64,000 bases of DNA from an uncultured Acidobacteriota bacterium (GCA_963827655.1 CAWHCF010000029.1:1-64000); one strand, 5' to 3'; counted from the first letter of the stretch, positions 16,999 to 33,784 are shown. The notes: generated by a model not told the origin, from the letters alone. Numbers and translations are program-made.

Positions 16999-17259
16999 TC
17001 ACTTGCGAAGCTTGGCAAACGTCGTCACGTGAGCAATCAGCGACGTGGCGAAAATTCTGAAGGAGAGTTGCGAGTCAGGTTCTCGGTAGTTGCCGCCCGG
17101 ACCCGTCTCCCGCGCCGAGAGCTGGCCGAAGAACGCGAGCTCCATCTCCGTCATCGCGATCCCGAAGACCGCCTTGAGCACGACAACCAAGGCCGACCAA
17201 CTCGGACCGAAGAAGCGGCCGAACAGGACCGGATCCCGCATCGCGGCGACGATAGTCAC
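16999..17259 (-). pseudogene. Truncated N-terminus resembling a phage terminase large-subunit family
   Basis: GGAGGTGGAG RBS + GTG; TIVAAMRDPVLFGRFFGPSWSAL..LKAVFGIAM..ELAFFGQLSARE resembles, from recall, the segment preceding the GRRxGKS Walker A, which is missing here. Confidence 0.45.
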
Positions 17260-17433
17260 GACTCCACCTCCGCCTCTGGATTGCGCCGGGTCATGGCGCC
17301 GAAATCCGCATTGCTTACTCGTAAGCTGAGTGGTATATTCCGGACCGTACGCGAGCGTTCCCCCAAAAGGCCCACGGCAACTCTCTGACACAAGCTTTAA
17401 ACGACTGACACCAGCCCCCAGAAGAAGAGCAGC

Positions 17434-17667
17434 ATGCAAAGCCACAACAAGATACCGGGCGTGTCGTTTGCGTCCATAGTCATCTTCGCCTGGGTGACGG
17501 CGGTAATCCTTGCAGTGACGGCGCGTCTCGTGACACCCTCCGCTTATCCCGTATATGAGCCGTACGTTCCGCCAGGCGGCTGCCTCACGATCCAAGAGCA
17601 CCGGATGTACTGCGATGACACAAATATTCGTCTCGCAAGGACAGAACCCGCAGGACGCAGCGAATGA
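17434..17667 (+). CDS. Small hypothetical membrane protein
   Basis: 77 aa with one hydrophobic helix. Confidence 0.35.
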   Translation: MQSHNKIPGVSFASIVIFAWVTAVILAVTARLVTPSAYPVYEPYVPPGGCLTIQEHRMYCDDTNIRLARTEPAGRSE

Positions 17668-17754
17668 CCAAGCTCGGCCTCTTTGACGCGCTCCACCAGC
17701 CAGTCCGGGAATAGAAGCTCAAACAGTTCGTTCATTCAATTCACGCCTCATCGA

Positions 17755-17988
17755 GTCTCACGCGGCGCCGCCTCGATCGGCAAGCTCCGCTGGCACGACC
17801 TGCGCCACACGTTCGGGTCGATGAAGCTCGAGCAGGGAGAGAACATTTACTACGTTCAGCGGCAGATGGGACACAGCTCCATCCAGGTCACGGTCGATAT
17901 CTACGGGCACCTGCTCGAGACGCGCAAACCTCAGGCCGCAGCGAAGACCGATGAGCTGGTTTTCGGGAAAGGAGAAAGTCGTTGTTAG
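17755..17988 (+). pseudogene. Tyrosine recombinase/integrase, C-terminal fragment
   Basis: HDLRHT, MGHSSIQVTVDIY (H-x-x-R, H and Y catalytic residues); N-terminal part absent. Confidence 0.85.
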
Positions 17989-18004
17989 ATGGGTGTTAGA
18001 TGGG
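17983..18004. repeat. Tandem 11-bp direct repeat TGTTAGATGGG x2 (candidate integrase arm-type site)
   Basis: Seen directly at the integrase stop, 54 bp before the tRNA. Confidence 0.55.
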
Positions 18005-18057
18005 AGCCGATTTCGGCTTTTGGCCAAAATCGTAACTCTTGTATAATCTGGGACAAA

Positions 18058-18132
18058 GGGCGGTTAGCTCAGCGGAAGAGCATCGGTTTTACACACCGGG
18101 GGTCACAGGTTCAAATCCTGTACCGCCCACCA
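18058..18132 (+). tRNA. tRNA-Val (anticodon TAC)
   Basis: GGGCGGT acceptor stem, TAGCTCAG D arm, anticodon loop TTTACAC, GGTTCAAATCC T arm, ends ACCGCCC-A-CCA; 75 nt; TATAAT at 18042-18047. Confidence 0.95.
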
Positions 18133-18136
18133 ATAA

Positions 18137-18201
18137 AATCAATGATTTACGGGATCGGTGGTAGGCTCAAAAGTGGCGACTTTGGCCATGACTTTGGCCA
18201 T
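18137..18201. promoter_or_regulatory. att-flank signature: IHF-consensus site and tandem 12-bp repeat GACTTTGGCCAT x2
   Basis: AATCAATGATTTA (18137-18149) matches WATCAANNNNTTR; repeat at 18178-18201. Confidence 0.5.
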
Positions 18202-18718
18202 AGATCCGGATTCGGCGCCGGAATATTCCTCAAGCCGGCGCGCGGCATCGAAGAGATCCCCTTCGTCGACGATGTTGTAGCGCTCGAAGACGGCGCCCCT
18301 TGCTATGGGCAAAGGCTTGGAACCCTTACCCCCAGTCCACGCGGCCTCCGCCCCGCTTCCGACGTCCTGACTTCTTCGCCGTTTCTCGCAGGCGCGCCGG
18401 GATTCTCGGTTGTTTGATACAGTCTTCCTCCGCGTAGTTTCTCATTCTCGGCAGAACTCTTGTGCTAGACTGCAAGTCTTGGCGCGGTCGGCGGTCCCCC
18501 ACGTTGCCGGCGTCCGACAATCACAAACACGAACCGGACAATTTGCACACCTTAAACCTCAGTTCTGTGACTCTGACAGAATCACGGGGTTCCCCCTGGG
18601 CAGGCCCGGGGTCCCTTAAGAAGCCGATGAAGGATCGCCTTTGCGTCGCTCCCAGCTTCTCAGGGATCCGTTATATGCACCAACGACGCTTGGACGCGAT
18701 CATTGAATGAGGAAATCC

Positions 18719-24942
<6,224 letters not shown>

Positions 24943-25065
24943 ATGGCGCGTCTAACAGGAACAGAGTTTCGGGTTGTAATCGAGGGCGAGAAGGAAAGCA
25001 ACCCCAATCAGTGAACGGCCGCCTCGTCGTCTAGCTCACCTCCGTCCTGGAGGATCTGGCGGATA

Positions 25066-25267
25066 TCATCGATCGACAGCTTCCTCGCGCACCTGCGGGG
25101 AAGCATCGCGATTGGATTTGACCTGGATGAGGCGCACCCCCTGGGCATTGATCGCGATGACGTCGAACATGCCGAAGGATCCCGCGGCGCGGGTCACGTG
25201 GTAGCCGGCGGCCTGAAGGATGCGCATGGCCTTGTGTTCATTCCAGGGATCCCTTGCGCTTGCTCAC
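25066..25267 (-). pseudogene. Hjc-like (archaeal/phage-type Holliday-junction resolvase, PD-(D/E)xK) remnant
   Basis: Translated by hand: SKRKGS/NEHKAMRILQAAGYHVTRAAGSFGMFDVIAINAQGVRLIQVKSN; one frameshift near the start and an early stop. Confidence 0.6.
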
Positions 25268-25313
25268 ATCAATTCCTCACCAAGATGCCGGAAGGTAATC
25301 TTGAATTCGCTCA

Positions 25314-25327
25314 TGTTTCATGTAACA
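25314..25327. promoter_or_regulatory. Palindromic operator candidate for the TA operon
   Basis: TGTTTCATGTAACA imperfect palindrome ending 8 nt before the antitoxin ATG. Confidence 0.5.
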
Positions 25328-25335
25328 ATCATCGC

Positions 25336-25548
25336 ATGAGAACAAGCGTTTCAAGCCGAGTACGGAAGCATCGCGCCGGATTGCGCCGGGCAGGAATGCG
25401 GCCGGTACAGATCTGGGTGCCCGATACGCGCAATCCCGAGTTTGCCGCTGAATGCCGGCGGCAGTCCCTGCTTGTTAAAAAATCCGAGAAGAACAAGAAA
25501 CTAATCGAGGCCTGGGAAAAGACCGCGGACCGCACCGGATGGGTATGA
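25336..25548 (+). CDS. Antitoxin, MazE-like (DUF3018-type)
   Basis: RVRKHRAGLRRAGMRPVQIWVPDTRNPEFAAECRRQS; ATGA overlap with the toxin. Confidence 0.85.
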   Translation: MRTSVSSRVRKHRAGLRRAGMRPVQIWVPDTRNPEFAAECRRQSLLVKKSEKNKKLIEAWEKTADRTGWV

Positions 25549-25868
25549 AGCGCGGCGATCTTGTCACTATTGCGCTGACCGGTGACTTCGGAAAACCGCG
25601 GCCTGCTCTGATTGTTCGATCCGATCTTTTTGCCGAGCATTTCCTGGTGACCGTGTTGCCCATCACGAGCGATCTTGAAAAGGCGCCTCTTTTTCGCATT
25701 CCGATTGACCCCACTCCTGCGAACGGCCTGCGAAAACCATCTCACGTTATGATCGATGCGATTCAGACCGTGCGCCGCGAAAAGATCGGAAAGGTCATCG
25801 GCCACGTCGAGCACGAAACGATGCTCGCCATCAATCGCGCCCTGGCGGTGTTCCTGGGTTTCGCATGA
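25545..25868 (+). CDS. mazF: PemK/MazF family endoribonuclease toxin
   Basis: MKRGDLV...GKPRPALIV...PITS...NGLRKPS.VMID. Confidence 0.9.
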   Translation: MKRGDLVTIALTGDFGKPRPALIVRSDLFAEHFLVTVLPITSDLEKAPLFRIPIDPTPANGLRKPSHVMIDAIQTVRREKIGKVIGHVEHETMLAINRALAVFLGFA

Positions 25869-26051
25869 ACGATCTTCCGGAGTGTGGGCCGGGAAAGACC
25901 CACTGCATAGGCGCCCTTGTCCATCGCGTTTCCTTTGATCGCCTCTGAAAACTTTACATCTACCAAAGAAATTGTGGATTGGGATCGAAATTAGAAAAAC
26001 ATCGACGCTTCACTTGCCTCGAAAGAGAAATTCCCCGTTACGGTTACGCCA

Positions 26052-27164
26052 ATGACCTCCGATACTGCTCCAATGCGTCCCGGCGAAGAACTCAACAGCG
26101 AGAGGCTGGGAAACTACCTGAGAGAACACCTCGCGGCAGATTGCTTGTCCGAGCACGAACGCAGCGGCGCCCCAATGCAGGTAGAACAGTTTCCCGGCGG
26201 GCACTCGAATCTTACTTACCTGATTCGCTTCGGGGAGCGAGAGTTCGTTCTGCGACGCCCGCCTTTCGGACCGGTTGCGCCCACGGCCCACGATATGTCG
26301 AGAGAATGCCGGGTGCTGTCGCTGGTGAATCCGTTCTTCCCGCTCGCGCCCCGCCCCTATTTCATGTGCGAGGACCCGAGCGTCATCGGAGCACCCTTCT
26401 ACCTGATGGAACGCAGACGAGGGCTGATCATCCGTCGCGAGGTTCCACCTGAGCTGGGCGATAGTCTCCCGTTGCGACGTCGAGTGAGCGAAGCGATGAT
26501 CGATACCCTGGCGGAGCTCCACGCCGTCGACATCCATGCGAGCGGCATGGACCAGATCGGCAAGCCGGCCGGGTTTGTCGAACGGCAGATCCGAGGGTGG
26601 GCCGGAAGGTGGGAGCGCGCGAAAACCAGCGAAGTCCCCGAATTGAAAAGCGTTGTCCAATGGCTGCTCGATCGGATCCCCGAGCCCCCGTCGCCTACCA
26701 TAGTCCACAATGACTTCAAGCTCGACAATGTGATGCTCGACAGAGAGGATCCGTCGCGCGTTGTTGCGGTTTTCGACTGGGAGATGTGCACTGTCGGCGA
26801 CCCTCTGGTCGACCTCGGCCTGCTCCTTTGCTATTGGCCGCAGGCGGATGACCCCGAAGCCCGGCGGGAATCGATAAGCGCCGTCACGACGCAACCCGGG
26901 TGGCTTACCCGCAGCCAATTGGTTGAACGCTACGCGGCCAGGACTGGCCGGGACGTTTCTTTCATTCACTTCTACGAGGCTTTCGCGATTTTCAAAGTTG
27001 CGGTTGTGGTCCAGCAGATCTATTTCCGCTACCGGCAAGGTCAGACACAGGATGCCCGTTTTGCCGAATTTGGCCGAAGAGCGGTCGAACTCATTCAGGC
27101 CGCATGGCAGGCCGCTCAAACGACCGGCGAAACTCTTCCTCGAAAGGACTCCTCTCAGACGTGA
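26052..27164 (+). CDS. Aminoglycoside-phosphotransferase-like kinase (ACAD10/11-type)
   Basis: [35 protein letters not shown]. Confidence 0.9.
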   Translation: MTSDTAPMRPGEELNSERLGNYLREHLAADCLSEHERSGAPMQVEQFPGGHSNLTYLIRFGEREFVLRRPPFGPVAPTAHDMSRECRVLSLVNPFFPLAPRPYFMCEDPSVIGAPFYLMERRRGLIIRREVPPELGDSLPLRRRVSEAMIDTLAELHAVDIHASGMDQIGKPAGFVERQIRGWAGRWERAKTSEVPELKSVVQWLLDRIPEPPSPTIVHNDFKLDNVMLDREDPSRVVAVFDWEMCTVGDPLVDLGLLLCYWPQADDPEARRESISAVTTQPGWLTRSQLVERYAARTGRDVSFIHFYEAFAIFKVAVVVQQIYFRYRQGQTQDARFAEFGRRAVELIQAAWQAAQTTGETLPRKDSSQT

Positions 27165-27880
27165 GCTTCCTTTACCTGATCCGTCATGCCCAGGCCGGCC
27201 CACGGCACAACTACGACACTCTCTCCGAAATCGGACAGCAACAGGCTCGGCTGTTAGGAACCTATCTCGCCAACCGCCTCACCTCTCTGTCTGCCATCGT
27301 AACCGGAACCCTCGAGCGGCACCGGCGAACCGCGGAACTCGTCACCCGGGAAATCTGCCGCCACGGTAAACTCGTAGCTCCACCAACCGTGGATTGCCGC
27401 TGGAACGAGTTCATCCTTGCCGAACTCTACCAGCATTACGGTCCCCGGATGGCGAAGGAAAATCCGGACTATGCCGGCGACTACCTGGCGATGGAACGAG
27501 AGCTGGAGCAAGACCCGCACAATACGCGCGGCGCCACAGGACGGTGCGACGCGGCTATGGTGCGGGCCTGGATCGAGAACCGCTATCCGGAGTGCTCGGT
27601 CCAGACGTGGGCCGATTTTCGCGAGACCGTTCAATCCGGTCTTGCGGCTCTCTGCCATTTTGGAAAAAGGGAGCAGCTAGCCGTCTTCACGTCCGCCGGT
27701 CCGGTCAGTGTCGCTGCCGCGGCAGCTCTCGGGCTTACGAATGACAAGATCCTCGGATTGCTCGCGGCCCAGTACAACTGCAGTCTCTCCACCTTCAGGA
27801 TCACCGGCTCATCTCTTTCGATGTATTCATTCAATGAGATTGCTTACCTCACGGAGCCCGAGCTCAGAACCTATCGTTGA
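27161..27880 (+). CDS. Histidine phosphatase family protein
   Basis: LYLIRHAQ motif; GTGA overlap with the upstream kinase. Confidence 0.85.
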   Translation: MSFLYLIRHAQAGPRHNYDTLSEIGQQQARLLGTYLANRLTSLSAIVTGTLERHRRTAELVTREICRHGKLVAPPTVDCRWNEFILAELYQHYGPRMAKENPDYAGDYLAMERELEQDPHNTRGATGRCDAAMVRAWIENRYPECSVQTWADFRETVQSGLAALCHFGKREQLAVFTSAGPVSVAAAAALGLTNDKILGLLAAQYNCSLSTFRITGSSLSMYSFNEIAYLTEPELRTYR

Positions 27881-28011
27881 CCTCGAAGTTCTTCAAGAAT
27901 CCGTGTTCTGGCGCACTCACCAGGAAGCCGCGAAGACGCCGGGAGGGGTCACCAGCGGTCCCGTCCCCCTGTTCAGGAGGAATTCATTGAGTTAAAATTC
28001 ATTCCGTCACT

Positions 28012-29121
28012 ATGGCTAGCTTGGCTGAACTAATTCATGAGCGAACGGTTGAAGGCGAGCTGTACGAGAAGCTCGAAGGGAACCGTGTTCGATGCTTCGC
28101 TTGCGGGCATTGTTGTCCGATACCAGACGGGGCTCTCGGAGTCTGCAAGGTCCGCTTTAATCGCGGCGGCAAACTCATGGTCCCCTTTGGCTACGTCGGG
28201 GGAACTCAATGCGATCCGGTAGAGAAGAAACCATTCTTTCACGCCCGGCCGGGAGCGCTGGCATTCAGCTTTGGAATGCTCGGATGCGATCTGCACTGCA
28301 GTTACTGTCAGAACTGGGTAACCTCCCAGGCGCTGCGCGATCCGGAGGCGATTTCTCCGCCGCTGCGGACGACCCCGCAACAGCTGGTCGAGATGGCGCT
28401 CTCGTTAGGAGGAGAAATTGTCGTAAGCACGTACAACGAGCCCCTGATCACGAGCGAGTGGTCCGTCGCCGTGTTCAAGGAGGCCAAGGCCGCAGGACTC
28501 ATGACCGGGTTTGTTTCCAACGGGAACGGCACACCCCAGGTTCTGGAATTCATCAAACCCTGGGTCGATCTTTACAAAGTCGACCTGAAGAGCTTCGATG
28601 ATCGCCATTACCGGCAGCTCGGGGGGCGGCTTGAGCCGATTCTCGACACAATCCGGCGCCTGTACCACATGGGCTTCTGGTTGGAGATCGTGACCCTCTT
28701 GATTCCCGGTTTCAATGATTCGAACGAGGAACTCAAGCGGCTCACTGGGTTTCTTGCGGCAATCTCCGGCGACATTCCCTGGCACGTCACCGCCTTTCAT
28801 AGGGACTACAAGATGACCGATCCGGCCAACACCACCGCCGACGATCTCATGCGGGCCGCCGAAATCGGCCGGCAAGCCGGACTGCGGTTTATTTATGCCG
28901 GCAACTTGCCCGGACAGGTGGGAGATTTGGAAAATACCTACTGTCCCGATTGTCATGAGATTCTGGTGGAGCGCTATGGATATCATATTCGGGGTTATCA
29001 TCTGACCAGCGATGGATGCTGCCCTTCTTGCTTCCGCGAAGTTCCCGGGAGATGGGCTGAAGCCTATCGCCCGCAGATCACCAGCCGGCCGTTTATTCCG
29101 CGATTTCAGATCTTGAGCTAG
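28012..29121 (+). CDS. amrS: AmmeMemoRadiSam system radical SAM enzyme
   Basis: DPVEKKP, CDLHCSYCQNW, TYNEP, YAGNLPG..ENTYCP.C. Confidence 0.88.
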   Translation: MASLAELIHERTVEGELYEKLEGNRVRCFACGHCCPIPDGALGVCKVRFNRGGKLMVPFGYVGGTQCDPVEKKPFFHARPGALAFSFGMLGCDLHCSYCQNWVTSQALRDPEAISPPLRTTPQQLVEMALSLGGEIVVSTYNEPLITSEWSVAVFKEAKAAGLMTGFVSNGNGTPQVLEFIKPWVDLYKVDLKSFDDRHYRQLGGRLEPILDTIRRLYHMGFWLEIVTLLIPGFNDSNEELKRLTGFLAAISGDIPWHVTAFHRDYKMTDPANTTADDLMRAAEIGRQAGLRFIYAGNLPGQVGDLENTYCPDCHEILVERYGYHIRGYHLTSDGCCPSCFREVPGRWAEAYRPQITSRPFIPRFQILS

Positions 29122-29188
29122 TTTCTTCCTGTCTTCGTGCCTTTGTGGTTAGCGCTGCGAGAACACCCAAAGAAACGAAGAAAGACGA

Positions 29189-30643
29189 TTAACGGGCGGC
29201 GTCTCGAATGCGGTTCTTGATCGCTTTCAACTCTGCAGCCGCCGGAAGATCCTGATACAGCGGATCAAAGGGGAAACACCCAGAGACCAGGCCGTTTCGT
29301 GGCGCCGTCGTGCAGTCGCTGAAAGTCCGGCAAAGCTGAGAAGACTTCAGCGGCCGATTCTCCAGTACGTCCGCCGGCAGGTCATGGTAGGCGAGAACCA
29401 TCCTCCCCAGCCCCACAAAATCGGTCCAGGCTTCGCGCACGGCAGCCTGGGCCACATGAGGCAGATAGTCTTGAAGATAGGTGTATCCGGACCCCACAAG
29501 GAGCAGGTCGGGAAACTTTCGCTTCAAGCGGGCAGTTACTTCCAGCTGGCGGGCCACGCCGACCAGAGGATCCTCGGGAGGGGAGTAGCCATCGGAAGGC
29601 GGGAACAGAGCCGGTCGTTGAATGTGCGGCACGTAGTAAGGACTACCGCCAGTGATGCAGACCAGGTCGATGTCAAGATCGCGCAGTAGCTCCAGAAATT
29701 TCTCCGCCTCGTTCAGGGCCGGATGGATGGGCTCGTGGGGGTCGCAGCCGAAGGCGTGGCGATACTCGCCGTTGATCGTCTCGGGCACGCCGCGCCCGGT
29801 CTCCGTCTTTCGAAAAGGAATCATATCGAAAGCGCTCAGCCGAACCACAAGATCAAGACCGCGGACGGTGGACCGAATTTCCTCAACCACTTCTCTCAAG
29901 AACCGCGTGCGATTCTCGAGAGTTCCTCCATAGGGTCCAGGGCGGTCCACCGCACTCAGGAATTCGTGTCCCAGGTAGCCGTGGCAATGCTTGATATCTA
30001 CGAAGCTGTAACCACACTCAGAAGCCAGGCGCGCCGCCGTGACGAAATCGCTGACGAGATCGCGGACCTCGTCGTCATTCAAGACCGGGTATTCCCGCGG
30101 AATGCCGAACCTGGAGTCCAGAATTGGATGATGGTAGAGAATCTTCGGCTCCATGCGGTCCTTCCGGTTTGGCCGGCAGAAACGGCCCGAATGCGTCAGC
30201 TGCAGGCCGACCAAAAGATCATCGTCACGCCCAAAGCGCTCCTTGTGTGCCCGAACCAGCCCTTCGCGCAGAGCGGCAAAATCCGCCTTGGTTTCCTCTC
30301 GAATCCAGAGCTGGTTCGGGTTGGCACGACCTTCGTGCCGAACCGCGACCGCTTCTCCGCCCCAGATCAGTTTGGCTCCGCTTTGACCGAATCGGACCCA
30401 TCGGCGATGCGTCAAGTCGCTCGGCCTGCCATCCTCGAGCCCATCCCAACCTTCCATCGGCAGAATGCACCATCGGTTGCCGATGGGATGGTGTTTCCAA
30501 ACCGCTTTTTTCGAAAGGGGAGAGGAGGCCCCGGCCTCAAGTTTTGTATCGATGGGCAGGTGAATACCGAGTTTTGCCGCGTAATTCTGAAAAGCTTCCA
30601 CAGTCTTCAGGGAAGCTATGCGCTGAAAACGCATCTCGCTCAC
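29189..30643 (-). CDS. NADH:flavin oxidoreductase (old yellow enzyme family)
   Basis: [36 protein letters not shown]. Confidence 0.88.
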   Translation of the reverse strand: MSEMRFQRIASLKTVEAFQNYAAKLGIHLPIDTKLEAGASSPLSKKAVWKHHPIGNRWCILPMEGWDGLEDGRPSDLTHRRWVRFGQSGAKLIWGGEAVAVRHEGRANPNQLWIREETKADFAALREGLVRAHKERFGRDDDLLVGLQLTHSGRFCRPNRKDRMEPKILYHHPILDSRFGIPREYPVLNDDEVRDLVSDFVTAARLASECGYSFVDIKHCHGYLGHEFLSAVDRPGPYGGTLENRTRFLREVVEEIRSTVRGLDLVVRLSAFDMIPFRKTETGRGVPETINGEYRHAFGCDPHEPIHPALNEAEKFLELLRDLDIDLVCITGGSPYYVPHIQRPALFPPSDGYSPPEDPLVGVARQLEVTARLKRKFPDLLLVGSGYTYLQDYLPHVAQAAVREAWTDFVGLGRMVLAYHDLPADVLENRPLKSSQLCRTFSDCTTAPRNGLVSGCFPFDPLYQDLPAAAELKAIKNRIRDAAR

Positions 30644-30684
30644 GCTAGCGGCTCCCGCCTTATCAAGAAAGTTCGCATGTCACT

Positions 30685-31461
30685 TCAATGGAAAACACCG
30701 TGTGCGTGAAAGATGGTGCGGACTCGGTTGCTGTACTCGGCAATCCGGGGCGTCGTGCATTGGTCGAGTCGGCGAGGCCGCGGCAGTTCGATCGGCACAA
30801 TCTCCAGCACCTGGCCGCAGCCCTGCGACAGCGCGGCTACGCGATCCGAAAGCTGAACCGCCTCGGCAATGTTCTGGGTGGCGATCACCACGGTGGGTGA
30901 AACGTTCTTCCATAAGCGCTGCAATTCCATGATAGCCTGTTCCCGAGCCAGCGGATCTAGAACCGCGAAAGGCTCGTCCATGAGCACGAGCGGAGGATCA
31001 TGAACGAGGGCTCGGCAAATGGACACCAGCTGCTGATCGCCGCGCGAAATCTGCCGAGGTCTTAAATTCTCACAACCCGCGAGTCCCAGGGAAGCCAGCA
31101 GCCGTCGCGCCCGAACCTCGCTTTCACCGATGTCGAGTCGCCGAACTTCGGCCTGAAGCAGGACATTCTGCATCACAGTGCGCCAATCGAGCAAGAAAGG
31201 TTCTTGCAGCACGAGGCCGATGTCGGTCCGCGGGGCTTCGACCTTGCTTTCGAAGATTCGGATCTCGCCGGAGGTTGGCGGAATCAAGCCGGCGAGCATC
31301 TTCAAAAGGGTAGTTTTTCCACATTTGCCGGGACCCACCAGCGACACGATCTCGCTCTGGCCGACTTCGAAACAGAATGGGCCGACGCTGACCTCTCCGT
31401 CTTTAGAGGCGTAAGTCTTCACCGCATGGTTGATTTGAATGTGGGTCCTGCGTGAACTCAT
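30685..31461 (-). CDS. ABC transporter ATP-binding protein (NitT/TauT type), degenerate motifs
   Basis: GPGKCGKTT, LMDEPF; signature ISRGD and H-loop TQN are atypical. Confidence 0.85.
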   Translation of the reverse strand: MSSRRTHIQINHAVKTYASKDGEVSVGPFCFEVGQSEIVSLVGPGKCGKTTLLKMLAGLIPPTSGEIRIFESKVEAPRTDIGLVLQEPFLLDWRTVMQNVLLQAEVRRLDIGESEVRARRLLASLGLAGCENLRPRQISRGDQQLVSICRALVHDPPLVLMDEPFAVLDPLAREQAIMELQRLWKNVSPTVVIATQNIAEAVQLSDRVAALSQGCGQVLEIVPIELPRPRRLDQCTTPRIAEYSNRVRTIFHAHGVFH

Positions 31462-31586
31462 GATATGGATTTCATTTTGAAGCCGCTGTGCGGAGCATAT
31501 ATCATCTGCCGAAGCCGCGACACGGTGAAAAAATCTTTCCGTTTCCGCTGCGAGCCCGTAAACATCATTAGAAGGCTATTCGCCCT

Positions 31587-32825
31587 ATGAATACCATGCG
31601 AAATGAAGTCGAGTCGCAACCTGCGATTGCAGGTATCGCGACCCACGAGCGATCGGCTCAGATTCATGTCGCCGCCACGGCCTTTCTGGCGCTGTTCTCG
31701 ATCGTCGGTTTTGCTCTGTACGGTCTTCCGTTTTTCTACGACTTCATGGTGCAGGAATTTGGTTGGACCCGGACGCAGGTTACGTCCGGAAACGCCTATA
31801 GCAAATTACTCGTCGGTCCGCTATTTGGCTTCATCGCCGGCTGGATCGTCGATCGTTTCGGACCGCGACGTTTGATGCTGGCGGGAATTCTGATGGCCGG
31901 CGCAGCCCTGGTCGGATTGAGCGCGATTTCGACCCTGGGAATGTTCTATTTTTTCTATCTCTTCAATGCCCTTGGTTACGTGTGCGGCGGGCCCCTCCCG
32001 AATCAGGTACTGCTCTCGCGCTGGTTCGATAAATCGCGCGGAAAAGCCATGGGGTTTGCGTATCTGGGAATAGGGATCGGAGGCGCCATCGTTCCGCTCC
32101 TGGCTCACTGGCTCACCGGAGAACTCGGATGGCAGGGAGCGTTGAGGGCTCTTGGAATCTTGATGATTGCGATAGCCTTTCCGGTAGCCTTCTTTGTCAA
32201 AGAGTCTCCGGGTGAGCCGCAATCTCGAAAACAGGCCATGGAACCCGTTCCAGTCGGAGACATTTTCAAGAGAGGATCCTTCTACCTGCTTGCAATCGGG
32301 AGCATGTGTTCCATCGCGGCAGTCGGGGGGACGATGCAGAATCTCAAGCTCTTTCTCAGCCTGGACCAGAAGTACGCCCAGGGTGAAATCGCAAGGGTCC
32401 TGTCGCTCGTCCTGGTCGGCAGCATCGCAGGCCGGTTGCTCATGGGATGGATGGCAGACCACTTTCCCAAGAAGTATGTCATGCTGTTGATATACTCGAT
32501 CGTGGCCTGCGCCATACCGCTTCTCTTCTACGCCTCTTCTCCGGCCGTCCTCTACCTTTTCGCCATCACCTTCGGCATCGGGTTGGGAGGGGACTACATG
32601 ATCATTCCGCTCATGGCGGCTGAGCTATTCGGCATTCGAGTGCTCGGCCGCCTTATGGGCGTGATTCTCACTGCAGACGGGGTGGCTGAGGCACTGGCGC
32701 CCATGCTCGTGGCCTCGGTCCGAGATTCGACCCGGAGTTATGCGGGCGGGTTCGCGATACTGGTGGTTCTGGCGGCCATCGGCGCTGTGGCCGTCGCTTT
32801 CTTGCCCAAGGCAAGATCCGATTGA
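31587..32825 (+). CDS. MFS transporter
   Basis: About 12 TM segments; GWIVDRFGPRR motif A. Confidence 0.9.
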   Translation: MNTMRNEVESQPAIAGIATHERSAQIHVAATAFLALFSIVGFALYGLPFFYDFMVQEFGWTRTQVTSGNAYSKLLVGPLFGFIAGWIVDRFGPRRLMLAGILMAGAALVGLSAISTLGMFYFFYLFNALGYVCGGPLPNQVLLSRWFDKSRGKAMGFAYLGIGIGGAIVPLLAHWLTGELGWQGALRALGILMIAIAFPVAFFVKESPGEPQSRKQAMEPVPVGDIFKRGSFYLLAIGSMCSIAAVGGTMQNLKLFLSLDQKYAQGEIARVLSLVLVGSIAGRLLMGWMADHFPKKYVMLLIYSIVACAIPLLFYASSPAVLYLFAITFGIGLGGDYMIIPLMAAELFGIRVLGRLMGVILTADGVAEALAPMLVASVRDSTRSYAGGFAILVVLAAIGAVAVAFLPKARSD

Positions 32826-33001
32826 CGATTGACGATTGACGATTGCAGCTTGGCAGCTGACGTTCGTATTATCGTCAATCGTCAGATGGTTATCGCATAG
32901 AAGCTTCGCAATCGGCGCAAGTGTGACCAGCTACCATCGACGATAAGGCAAACGCGGTCTGCCAACGCAATCGTCAATCGTCAATCGTAAATCGTCAATC
33001 G
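32820..33001. repeat. Inverted heptamer arrays (ATTGACG)n ... (CAATCGT)n between convergent genes
   Basis: Seen directly; both flanking stop codons fall inside the arrays. Confidence 0.85.
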
Positions 33002-33784
33002 AAGGATTCGCTCCAGCGCGGTGATCGAGTAATAAAGAACGGTCGCGATCAGCGCAAGTACAGTCAGCGCCGCAAAGAGTAGGGCCGTGTTCACGCTGGA
33101 ACCGGCCACAAGAAGCAGGTACCCCAGCCCGCGATCCGCTCCGGCGAACTCTGCCGCCGTCACCCCGGCCACAGCAAGTGCAACCGCCATTCTGAGACCT
33201 TTGAAAATGTGTGGAAGACTGGCTGGAACCTTCACCTTGAAAAATAGTTGAGCTTTCCTCGCGCCCATTGCTCGGGTGAGGTCAATCAGTCCTTTGGGGA
33301 TCGAAAGCAAACCGAACATGGTCTGGGTCACAATGGGGAAGAAGCTGACCAGCAGGGCCATCAAGACCTTGGGCATCGTGCCGAATCCAAACCAGGCTAG
33401 TAACAACGGGGCCGTGGCGATGAGAGGAACAACCTGGCCGAACTGCAGCAAGGGCGCAAGCGCGCGATTCAGCGAATAAAACGAAGCCATGAGAAACCCG
33501 AGCGGAATAGCAAGCACAACAGCGCACAGGAAGCCGCCGGCAGCCTCACTGGCGGTAACCGAGGCGTGCTCGTACAACTTGGGTCCCTCTTTCCACATTT
33601 CCAGTAAGATCCTGGACGGCGTGGGCAACAGATCCGTTCGCAGCTGAAGAGCCCTTCCGAGAACCTCCCAACCCGACAGAGTCGATGCCACAATGACGGC
33701 GACCAGAACTCTACCCATCCAGGGCTGACCGGCGCGAGTCGTATCCGCACGATCTGCCGAGGGTGATTCAGACATTCGATTCAT
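32981..33784 (-). CDS. ABC transporter permease (NitT/TauT type)
   Basis: LLPTPS, VPLIATAPLL, EAA-like LTRAMGA, AEFAGADRGLGYL. Confidence 0.88.
   Translation of the reverse strand: MNRMSESPSADRADTTRAGQPWMGRVLVAVIVASTLSGWEVLGRALQLRTDLLPTPSRILLEMWKEGPKLYEHASVTASEAAGGFLCAVVLAIPLGFLMASFYSLNRALAPLLQFGQVVPLIATAPLLLAWFGFGTMPKVLMALLVSFFPIVTQTMFGLLSIPKGLIDLTRAMGARKAQLFFKVKVPASLPHIFKGLRMAVALAVAGVTAAEFAGADRGLGYLLLVAGSSVNTALLFAALTVLALIATVLYYSITALERILRLTIYD

Noticed and set aside
26052-27164. Aminoglycoside resistance gene
   Set aside because: Motifs and pairing with a histidine phosphatase fit the ACAD10/11-like metabolic kinase subfamily rather than APH resistance enzymes.
28012-29121. Radical SAM enzyme as maturase of the micropeptides
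   Set aside because: It is an AmrS/PFL-activase-like enzyme with no SPASM or RRE domain seen, and lies about 22 kb away.
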